The notes beneath the pieces are model-generated. The model was not told the DNA's origin. It searched no databases and was given only the letters and a program-made list of their open reading frames with translations. 64,000 nucleotides of DNA from Harriotta raleighana (lineage: Eukaryota), in contig JBNZDD010013672.1 in the NCBI GenBank assembly GCA_050575255.1, positions 3,045,475-3,109,474 on the forward strand, written 5' to 3'. Made by a program: the position numbers and the translations under genes. Positions 37,101 to 49,100 of the stretch are shown one piece after another (the first letter of the stretch is position 1; the number at the start of each line of letters is the position of its first letter).

Positions 37101-40100
37101 CAGGAGATGCCTTCCTTTGGATTAGATGTTCCTCAGGTGGACATTAAAATAAGTTACAATGCTATTCGAAAAGAACAGTCAGTTCCTTCTCTCATTGTCC
37201 TGGCCTGCTATACTTCCTGATTTATAGTCTTTCATCTACACTTTGCAATATATGTTGGGCAAGTTTTCTTATTCCACACGCCTCTGTTGACCTCGCAGTA
37301 AGTAGGAACCTGATTGTTAGTCGATTGGCAGATTGCTTTTCTGGAGATAATAATCCTTCAAAAAAAATTGTCATTCAATCTACGACTGTTTGTGGGACAC
37401 TGCTGTGCGCAATTGGCTGCCTTGTTCCACCCACAAATATACAGTCAATTCTCTTTAATGTATATTCTGTGAAGTGCTTTGAGAAGTTCAGAAGATGTAA
37501 AAAGTGCAATGTCAAATGTAAGGATTATGTTATTATTTTATATCAATAATCACAAAATTATCTGTTATTATTTAGTCTATTATTAATATGGTATGTGTTT
37601 AAATAATTTTTCATTGAAAACATTTTTTTAAAAATTCAACCCGGAAAGCCAGATCCCGTGGGTGCCGGATAAACGGGCTTTCACTGTATTATTATAAGTG
37701 ATCATTCCCTACAAGATGGTTTGCGGAATTTTGCTCTGTGCAAAACAGCTGCTGTGTTTGCAGTAACAAAATAACCATTAAATTTGATAACTGGAGATGC
37801 TACCCTGCATGAAGGCATTATATTAATGCAAGTTGCTCTTGTTGTTGTTATTGTTGTTGTTTTTCTAAAGCAGTTTGGGCCGTTTTGGTACCGGTAAGAC
37901 ATTTTAAAAACTACACTTATTTCTTCCTAGATGAGCAAAGCGATTGTGTACATCGAGGAGATGAACAGCATGGCTGATGTGACATTTCCATCCATTCCTC
38001 AAGTTGTCTCGCTGCTTATATATGATGACACCTCCAGAGCTAAAGAAACACCTTTCCCCGAGGCCGGCTATCCTGTCGTCTGTGTCACAGTAAGTGTTCA
38101 CCTGCAACCCCATTACAACACGCAAGTCGCAGAAATTCTGGATAGGTAACAGCAATGTATTTAAAACAAAACTAATTGGAAAGTGGTTTAATAGGGCTGG
38201 TTTTGACCCCAAACTTGGTGGGTTGAATGAAGCGTATGTTGTACGTGCACTGGGTCAATTGAGGTGGGTGGATCTAAAAGAGAACTTAAGAGGGACTTGT
38301 TCACACTGTGGGCGAATGTAGAACTCGCTGCCAAAAACGGTGCTTCAGGGGTTATAAAGACGGATTTTGGAGGAAACTTTTTATACAAATAAGAGAGAGG
38401 GGAATAGAAGGATATGAGAGGCAATAAAGAGTGCATGGAGACCCATGAGGAGCCAATACATGATATATATAGTTAATTCACTTTACAGTATATTTTATGA
38501 AGCGCTTTGAGATATCTCGAACACGTGATAAGGAACTACATCAAATGCAAGGTTTATTATAATAATAATCATAATAATCCTTCCATTTGATATAGTGTGT
38601 ATCACATCTTCTAGACGTCTCAAAGTGTTTCACAGAATATACTGTAAAGTGAATTGACTATATATTTGTGGGCGAAACGCGGCAGGCAATTGCGCACAGC
38701 AGTGTCCCACAAACAGCCGTGGATTGAAATGACCAATTTATTACAGGTTTTCTTTTGGACGGATTATTATTAGAAGTGTGGAGTAAGGAAACTTGCTCAA
38801 GGTTTCGCCCTGCCAGGAATCAAATCTAGGTGTCTCGCTTGTATGGCGAGTGCTCTAACCATTGAGCTACAGGATGCTATGGACTACTTAGGCACAAAAG
38901 CGTATTCAAGAATCTCGGGGGATAGTGGCTGAAAGCACAGCCCATCAGTCAGGGAAAAATGGGAGGCTGTAGCCAGCAGTGTGAAGGGGCCGGGTAAAGG
39001 AGTGGGGTATAAGCAGGTCAGAGCAGTAGGGAGGTTCCAGGAAATTAAGTGATTTGTGTGATTCACAGTAAGATCCTGTGATCGCTTTGAGACAACCTCT
39101 CTACACTATAAAGGCACAATATCAAATGTAATTAAATGTGATAGCTGGAACTGGGCACCCGAGCTGCAAAGAAAAACTATGGAACAACAGAAACTGGAAA
39201 CATCAAAGTAAAGGCTCAGGGGAGATGTTATTGTATTTGTATTAAAAAATAAAATCACTATACTTTACATTAAAATCCTGTTAAGCGCTTTGAGATGTCC
39301 TCTCAACACTAAAGCCACTAGATCAGATGCAAGGTGTATTATTGTTGTTCAAAACCGTGAAAGTTGTAGTGAAACATCTAATTATGTTTTCAGCAGAGGC
39401 AGAAAATCTAGAACAAGGTGAGAAGTTCAGAAAAGAAGGGAGATGAACAGATAGTCGAGATTCACACAGTTCAGAGGGGGAGAATAAGCAGAATTAATTC
39501 AAGAGGGAGTATGTGTGTGTGGAGTGGAGGGGAGGGAATGAAAGATAGCAAAAGATTTTTTCAACATTAGGACCCATCAGATATCCCGGAGGTAATAAAT
39601 AATTCCTTAAAAAAGATTGCTCATTACAATCCATGACTGTTTGTGAACACTGCTGTTTGCAATTGGCTGCTGTGTTTCACCCAGAAAATATATAGCCAAT
39701 CCACTTGATAGTGAATTGCTGTGAAGCACATTGAGACGTCTCAAAGACGTGATAAGGCACCATGTCAAATGTAAGGATTAATATTATATTATAGACAGTG
39801 GTGCTCTTTGCTGCTCCCCTCTCATTCTTTCTCATTGTTTCACACAGGCCTGCAATCCTAAATATGCTGATTACGACAAGACAGGCTCAATTTGTAGCAG
39901 TGAGCACATCAACGACACCCTAACTCGCTACCGTTGGTTGGTGAGCGCCCCCACCGGGCCTGATGGGGTGACCAGCCCCATGAGAGAGGTGGACTCCAAC
40001 ACCTTCTTCACCTCATCCAAGATCATTACCCTGGACTCCATCTACTTCCAGGCTGGCTCTCGGGTGCAGTGCGCGGCCCGAGCCGTCAACTCCAACGGAG

Positions 40101-43100
40101 ACGAGGGGCTGGAGCTGATGAGCCCTATTGTATCTGTAAGCGTTCAGGAAGGTAGGTAATGAAGACAAATGTCTGTCCAGGTCAAGTCAAAAGCCTCGAG
40201 AGCAAATATCAAACGTTTGTTTTGTGGGATCTAAAAGTGGTTCAGGCCAGTATGTTGGACTGTTAAGAAGGAAGACGTTAAATTGGATGTTTTAGAAGAA
40301 TGCGATTAAGAGCTTCTTAATATGGAGTATGGTGGGATGTGACAATACGGATTGTGCCAGTGTTTTTACTCCACAAGTCCCTACCCCTCTTTATCTCCTC
40401 TCCCTATCATCAAAACTCGATATCTCTCAGTGTGCAACCAGGATCAGCAGAGATCAGAGTGTGTGTTAGGTGTGGGACATTACAGTAAAGCCTTTGAATA
40501 TCTTTAATATTGGTGATGCTCATTTGGAATATAAGTCAGTTTGTCCGAGCAGCTCATACATTAAACTGATGCTAATAATTTTACACTTTCAATCTCTGGA
40601 ATACTTTCAATCAATGCCTCCGCTTTGCCCCCAGCTGCCCCCTACATTCAGATCACACCTGAAGACTCAAATCTTCCACTGTGCATATGATCACCTCCTC
40701 CTCCCCCAGGATCGGCTTCACTGTCCGCCACTATCCTGCTGGATGGTGCTATATGTAGCTCAGTGGTTAGAGCACTCGCCTTACAAATGTGAGACCTGTG
40801 TTTGAATCCAGGCAAGTGAGGGTGAAACCTTGGGCAAGTTTCCTTACTCCACACGTCTAATAATAATCCCTCCAAAAAAACGTGGGTCATTTCAATCCAC
40901 GACTGTTTGTGGGACACTGTTTTGCGCAATTGGCTGCTGCGTTTTTCCCACAAATACACAGTCAATTCACTTTACACTATATTCTACGAAGCGTTTTGAG
41001 ACGCCTAAAAGACATGAAAAGCGCGATATCAAATGCAAGGATTATTATTATTATATAAATGCAAGTGTTGCAAGTTCTAGTTATTGTTACATGAGTTCCA
41101 TTTACAATGTGATTTTCTCTGTTATTCAGGACTGTGCCAACCCAGGGTACAAGGAGCTGTTGGGGCCGAGCCTTTCTCTGCCAAACTGCGTTACACAGGA
41201 CCCGAAAACCCCGATCACCCCAATCTCATCAAAGTGACTGTAACAATGCCTCACATCGATGGTGGGTTCTCCACCGTACCTCACACCACCGGAGTCCTCA
41301 CGATCGTGCTTTTGGGGAACGCTTGATAAATCTTTAGCGTGTGTGTGGTTTGCGCAGGGACGGATTGATGGAGGGACCCATTTGTATGTCATAGAATCAT
41401 AAAATTATGGAGCACGAAAGGAGGCCATTCAGCTCATTGTGTCTCTGCCAGCTCTTTGAAAAGAGCTGTTAAATCAATCGCACTCCCACCGCTCTTCCCA
41501 TAGCTCTGGAAACCTGTCCTCCCCAAATAACTATCTACTTCTCTCTTAACAGTTGTTATCGATTTAACTGCCACCACTCTTTCAGGCAACGCATTCCAGA
41601 TCCGAACAACTCGCTGCGTGAAAACATATCTCCTCACTGCCCCTCTGTTCCTTTTGACAATTATTTTAAATCGACGTCCTTGGGTTACCGAACCCCTCGC
41701 CAGTTTCTCCTTTGCTCACTCCTTTGCTCAAATAGGTTCTCCTTGCTCACCCGGTCGAAATCCCCTCATAATTTTGAAAACTTCTATCAAGTCTCCTCTT
41801 ACCCTTCTCTGTTCCAAGGAAAATAATTCTAGCTTCTCTAGCCTCTCCTGATAACTGAATCCCCTCATTCCTGATACCATCCTGCTAATTCTCCTTTGCA
41901 CTCTCTCCAATGCTTTTAGATCCTTCCTAAAGTGTGTTGCCCAGAACTGAACACAGTACTCTAGCTGAGGTTAACCAGTGTTCTATAAAGGTTTATAGTT
42001 ATGCTATAACATAACTTCCTGACTTTTGTATTCTATGCCTCTATTTATACAGCCTAGTTTGCCGTAAGCTTTTTTAATCGTTTTATCTACCTGTCCTGCC
42101 ACCTTCAAAGATTTATTCATATGAACCCCCAGGTCTCTCTGTTCCTTCACCTCCTTTAAGATTCTACCCACAAATATACAGGCAATTCATTTTACAGTAT
42201 ATTCCTTGAAGCGCGTTGAGGCGTCTAGAAGAGGTGAAAAACACTACACTGTTTATCAAATGCAAGGATTATTATTATTAGCATTCAGCTCATAATGACT
42301 TAATTGACATTTCAATGTAGTGTTGGTGGGGAAACACTGATATGTCAGAGGTGTCGTTCTTTGGGTGAGATGTTAAACCATCTATATTTGTTCCAGGTGT
42401 CCTGGCCAACAATCCCCCACATTAATTTGGTCACTTCATGGCTGTTTCTGGAATATTGCTGTGTATCAATTGCCCACAAATTACATGGTCACTACATATT
42501 ATGGTAAATCCTATGAAGCGCTTTGTGCCATCTCAATTATGGAATAACAGAGCAATATATCAAATGCAAGGATGATGATTACAACTGACTCACACTTTGG
42601 TTGCTTAATGTCGAAGCTCCATCTTGTGGCAGACCGATGACTAGCAGCAGCCCAGGAAAGCTTTCTTTCATTGTCTGTTGAATACCGAATGTTGCTTTAC
42701 TGACGAGAAAAATAATAATATTAATCCTTGCATTTGACATCGGGTGTTTGTTTATTTTGTAGGTAAACATTCCAGCCAAAATGTGCAAAGCAATGTGCCC
42801 CAAACAGCTATGAAGTGAATGAACAATTTTATATATAATAATAATCCTTGGATTTGATATTGCAATTTGTCATGACTAGATATCTCAAAGCACTTCACAT
42901 AATATACTGGTAAAGTATATTGACGGTATGTTTTTGTGGGCAAAACATGGTAGCCAATTACGCATAGTAGTGTCCCACAAACAGTGGTAGATCAAGTGAC
43001 CAAATTATTACTATTACTTTATTTTTAAGGAATTATACCTGCAGAAAAGCGATCCATCAGTTGGCTAAGAACCAGTTTCTACTTACTGCCAGGTAAACAG

Positions 43101-46100
43101 AGACGTGTGGCATAAGAAAACTTGCCCAACGTTTTGGCGAGTGCTCTATATTTAAGGGATTGTTGGCCAGGGCACTAGGAGAAATTCCCTTCTATTCTCG
43201 AATAGTATCGTGGAATCTTTAACATCCAACTCAACAGGAAGATGGGCCAACGTCTTGACGTCTCGTCTGAAGAAGAGCAACTCTGACAATGCGACATGTC
43301 CTGTGCCCAGCATTGGGAGTATCAGCCTAGACTGCACGAGTCTTAGCATGGAACTCCAACCCAGAGCCTTCAGACTTGGAGGCAATAGATGGAGGAATGC
43401 TATATTTCTTTCGGAATGAATCTAAAGAGCTGACTGACTGAATGACTGACTAAATGAATGACTGACTGACTGACTAACTGCATGTCTGTGCTTTAGGTAT
43501 GCTCCCCATTGTCTCCACCCGACAGCTGTCAAACTTTGAGCTGACTCTCAGCCCCGACGGCACGCGGGTTGGAAACCACAGGTGTTCGAATCTCCTGGAC
43601 TACAATGAAGTGAAGACTCGCTACGGCTTCCTGTCGGACTCCACCAAGAACCCGGAGGTGATTGGCGAGACGTCTCCGTACCAGTACAGCTCAGCCTTGC
43701 GAAGCGCTTCCACCCTCCGCTTCTACCGCAACCTGAACCTGGAAGCCTGTCTCTGGGAGTTCGTCAGCTTCTACGACATGTCTGAGCTGCTCACGGACTG
43801 CGGGGGCAGCATTGGCACCGATGGGCAGGTAGGCCACACTTGGTTATTGCTGCAGGTTTAGATGTCTCCTGGTATCTGGTCCTTAAATGAGAAATTAAGA
43901 TGCTGTCGATTGTTATAAGAATAATAATCCCGGCTGCATTATTGGCTGACCTTTAGATGAGATGTTAAAGGTCATGTCTGCTTGTTTAGGTAGATGTGGG
44001 TCACTGCTGTGTGCAATTGGCTGCCGCATTCCGCCGACTGAATTTACAGTCAATCTACTTTCTGTGTTAAATAAATGTTTTATATATATATATATTTATG
44101 TGTCTGTTAAAAATCCCGTGGCACTATTCAAAAAAAGAAGGAAATCTCTTCAAGAGTCCTGGGCAACATTTCATGGCTATTTCTGGGGACACTAACGTGT
44201 ACAAATTGGTTGCTGTGTTTGCCTACCAAATACAGAGTCACTACACTTCACAGTAAATCCTTTGAATTGCTTTGAGACACCTCAAAGACATACAAGGGCC
44301 CTAAACCAAACTCAAGGATTGTTATAAATGAGGGTGAGATAAGACAAATGTCATTGATATTTCTGCAGTGCCTGCTTTTGTCTTCCTCTCGGTTTTCCTC
44401 TCCTCTCCCAGAGAAGGTCGGATGTTGAAATAAGGTCTCAGCCATTCATTCAAGTGGATAGTCTGAGGACGAATGGGAGCTGTTCCCACGTCCTGCCCAA
44501 AGCAATTTCCAAAAAGAGAATAATTGCTGTTGTTGAGGCATTGTTTGTACACAACCACCTACATACAAAATCACTGCAGTTTAAAGTGACTCATTGTGTG
44601 AAGCTGTTTGAGATGTTTTGATGTGACAAAGCACTGAATTAATGCCCGGGTTTTTATCAGCATAAGTGTTTACACCCCATAATGTCAACAACAATAACTT
44701 GGATTTATATAGCACTGTCCACACCAAACGGCATCTCAGAGAACTTCCCAATAACGGATCCCGCGGCCGAGCTGGCAGGAGGGGGATGAAAGTGACCAAA
44801 AGCGAGGTCAAAAAGAAAGGTCTTTAGCCGAGTCCTGAAAATATGAAAGGAGGGGGAGAGACGAAGGGAGTGAGGGAGGAAGTTCCAGAGCCTCGGGGCG
44901 TAGTGGCTTAAGGCACGGCCACCGATGGTGGAGCGGAGGATTCGGGGGACAAGGAGGAGGCCAGACCCAGTGGAGCGAAGGCAACGGGTGCTGTTGTGAG
45001 GGGAGAGGAGGTCAGAGAGGTAGGGGTGCAGAGGACTGGAGGGATTTGTCAACATGAGGATCTTGACATCGATCATCTCTGGGACAGGGAGCTAGTGCAG
45101 TCTGGCAAGGACTGGGGTAATTGGGGAGCGGAGTTTTGTACAGGTGATAATGTCCTTTTCTCTAAGTTTTGATCTGTTTGCCGGAACTAGTCAATGAAAT
45201 GATAATCCAGCTGGTGACCAGGGTAAGATGTGATCCGTGAAATGGGTCTGCTGAGGTCCAGCAAGTGAAGGGAGATCCGTGTTTCAATTATATCCCCCAT
45301 CGTATCACTCCTCAGGAGGCTTTCCTATCATTAATAACACATGGTAAAGACGTGGGGATTCAGGGTGGCAATGACCTTGTCACACGACTTCCAAGGCACA
45401 AAACAGCTGTAATATTCCTTCAATCCATGTATTTGAAATAGAGCCTTATCATGTTGTCAATACGTCTCAAATGCAGTACACATTATACGACAAAAGTAAT
45501 AGTGATTGTGTCTTTTATGGGCCAAATGGGTTGTTAATTGCACACAGCAGTATCCCACAAGCAGTCGTGGTTTTTGTTTACCCACAGAAATGAACTAGGA
45601 CAGCAATTACATGGAGGGGAGGTGTGGAACCACACATTCAGGGCCATTCAATACATTCTGGAACCCCTTTGTCATTGTCTCTGTGCGCGCAATTTGGCCG
45701 CCGCGTTTTCGCCCACAAATATACAGTCAATTTTTCCTACTTTCCTTCCCCCGACCCCTCCCCCTCCCCCCACTCTGATCCCTACTTGACTGTACAGCGC
45801 CTTGGGACATCCTCCCAACGTGAAAGGCGCTATATAAATGTAATTTTGATTGATTGATTGGTTGATTGATATACAACTGCATTGATTTATTGAAAATATC
45901 GGGTGAAATATGCAGCAGTTTGGATAGATTCCACTTGATCACAGTTTAAATGTTGCAAATTATCAAATTTTATTTCTTATCATATGTTGCAAATTAGCAA
46001 CATGAAACATCAACATCAAGTCTAACATGAAATATTGCAAATTATCGTGTGGAATTATGTTCAGAAACCTAACAAATAACCACATCAAATCTGTTCACGA

Positions 46101-49100
46101 AATGTTGCAACTGATCACATCGAATATAAAATATCACAGATCCCAATCAAATATTCTTTGGGCTGTTCATCGTGACATGCTGGATGGAATCCCACCAGCA
46201 AAGAAAACAGCATCATAATAAGAATAATAATCCTTGCATTTGAAATAGTGCCTTACTTATCACGACCTTGCGACGTCTCAAAGCGCTTCACAGAATATAC
46301 TGTGAATTGAATTGGCTGTGCGTTTTGTGGGCCAAATATTAGTTTGATGATAGCTGATGAATTGTGTGCTGAAATCCTGTATTATTTTTCTCGACCCCTT
46401 CTCTCTTCAGGTTTTGAACCTGGTGCAGTCCTATGTGACCCTGCGAGTGCCTCTCTATGTCTCCTATGTGTTCCACTCCCCAGTGGGTGTTGGAGGCTGG
46501 CAGCACTTTGACCTACAGTCGGAGCTTCGCTTGACGTTTGTGTACGACACTGCCATCTTGTGGCGAGATGGTATTGGGAGCCCACCAGAGGCAGAACTGC
46601 AGGGTGAGTGCCTATTACAACAACAACAAGTTACACTTGTATAGCTCCCTGTACGTCCGGGGCACTGGACAGTCAAGGGTTTTTAGACCTGAGCTGAGAG
46701 TTGGAGATTAGGAAGGGTGGGGAAGCAGAGGGTGGAGGTCGGAGGGTTTTCTTCGACTGTGCCTTCAGCTCCCCTCCTAACTCTTCCCCCTCTCCTACTC
46801 TCCTACCCCGACCCTCCCCCGCCCCCCCGCTCATGTCCTAATTGTTCAGCACCTTGGGACATCCTCCCGATGTAAAAAATGCTCTATCAATGTAATTTTG
46901 TTGTGTTGTTGTTATTTGTTCTTGTTCCAATTGAGTTTAGGTTTGTAGGACGTCATCTGTTTCGTCTTTTGTGTAGAATTTTTGTTGAACGTTTTATATA
47001 CTGAACCCGGGGAGCGTCACTAAATTGCTCCTCATCAAATGCAGCCTTCTCTACAGCCCCTATTCTCATGTATGTAGTGTTTGACAAGTAGTCACCCTGG
47101 AGTGGATTTTCTTGATTGAATGCTTCTTGATTTATGCCATAAAACAAGTCACACTCAATCAAGAAAAACCTGGAAATGCATTGATTTAGTGAACATGGAC
47201 TTACCTGGATAAGTGTAAATATTTGGGGTGGGGAGGGGGTAGCTTTATGCCAGCCCCAGCGGCCACTCCTGCCCCTGCCCATGGACCATGGGTTGCCCAC
47301 CACTGCGTTGGAACCATAGAAATAAATGGTACAGAAGAAGGCTCATTGTGTCTGTGCTGATATTGTTTTAAAAGAAAAGCAATCCATTCAGTCCCATTTA
47401 CCTGCCTTTCAAGTACTGGAACTTGTATTGCAGATGAGAAAGGTTGAAAACAGTGCTTGGTGAGACCTTTTGACTGGTTCCCTCCCTCCGCACTGCCTCC
47501 AAAGCTTGCCTCGACACTTAATACTTTGACCCCGCTTTCATCTGTCTTTTCTCCACCACACTGTCTTCAATTCCCTTCACCCCCAAATAGGATATCATTT
47601 GATTTACAATGCTCTACACAATCATGACTCCCGCTGGAATGTTCGTTGCCATTATCAGCCATGTGAACAGCCACGATGGTTGAGGTTTTTATGATCAATG
47701 TCAGACATTCAGCAAGACGTTGCCTGGGGAGAGCCAACCATTAGGGTAGGTCACAATTGGACTGCTTGTCCCCGTAGGGCTCGGTTTCTGTTTAATTTCA
47801 CCTACAAACCAATGCTGCTTCTTTTCGCAACGTGCAGAGAATATTAAAACATTTTTTTTTAGAAAGAAGTGAAAATTGCTTCCTGGAATGTGAGCCTCGC
47901 TGCCTGAACATCACAAGTACGAGGCCTGGCATGTGTCCTCCGAGACCAGCCCTGCCACTCATTAATACCCATTCACTTAAACAAACGATTTGCCAGTTGG
48001 CAGCAATCCATCTGCTAATGAGTCTCGGTTGTCATAACCACTGTTTCACACACACCGTGCTGAACAGTTAAAACGGCAGCAATGCTGTGAGGAGGCTGAG
48101 CCCTACACTAGGAATTTCCCAGCCTTCAATCCTCTGGTAAAGATTGGCTAACTGGTTCTGAGCTGGGCTAGCCAAGTTTAGCCTGTGCTGGAGATGCACT
48201 TAGGAGGCCACGATTAACCTTGGGTTCAGGGAGAGGAAAATCAACTCCTTAAACAACTGCGGACAAACAGCTTCAAAATTAAATTGAAATGGAAAATTGA
48301 GCCGGTCTTCAAGTGCCCCCCAGCAGATCAACTTCAATTCTCCTTTATTTTGATTCGTTGTCCTCCCTCCCCCCTCCCACCCACCGTCCACCACCATGTT
48401 CTTCTGCCCCTTCTCTGCGTACCTTGTTTCCCATCTATTCCATGCTCCTTCCACCCCGCTGTTGGTGGCCGAGCTTTCCGCCACTGTGTCCCTCCAATCT
48501 GGAACTCTTCCAGCATCACTTTGTCTCACATTGTCTCTCCCTCCCGTGGAAATGTACTTACTAACACAATCCACTGTCCTTTGCATCTTTGAGATATACT
48601 GAGGTGAAAGACACTATATCAACTAGAATTATTATGATAATTATTATTATAAGCATAATAATAGTTCTTACATTGGACATAGAACCTTTTATGCTGGGAG
48701 CATATCCTAAAATACAGCAACTGTGATTTGTGGGCAGATAAACACAAGCCTATCCAGTCTGGGATTGTACATCAGTTCGAGTTGAAATCTGTTCTGAGTC
48801 ATTATTTCTGCACTTTCAAGTCCAGCGATGTTTCTTTGCTCAGAGCAGCAACAGCAAAGTGCCTTTCACATCGGAAGGACATCCCAAGGCGCTGGTCAGT
48901 CAAGGGTTTGTACCCAAACTTGGAGTTGGATTCGGGACGCTGGAGGCCTATTGAGTAGGGGTGGGAAGATGATTGCAGTGTGTCAAAGGTCAAGGTCTTT
49001 TGACGGACCTTTCAAGTACGATGCCTATCACTACTAACCATGACTACTCTCTTCTTGCAGGTGCCCTTTACCCGACCAGCATGCGGATCAACAATGAAGG

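Noticed and set aside
42616-42634. CTCF-like motif on the minus strand (GCCACAAGATGGAGC)
   Set aside because: It has two mismatches to the core consensus, which is too weak without ChIP or conservation data.
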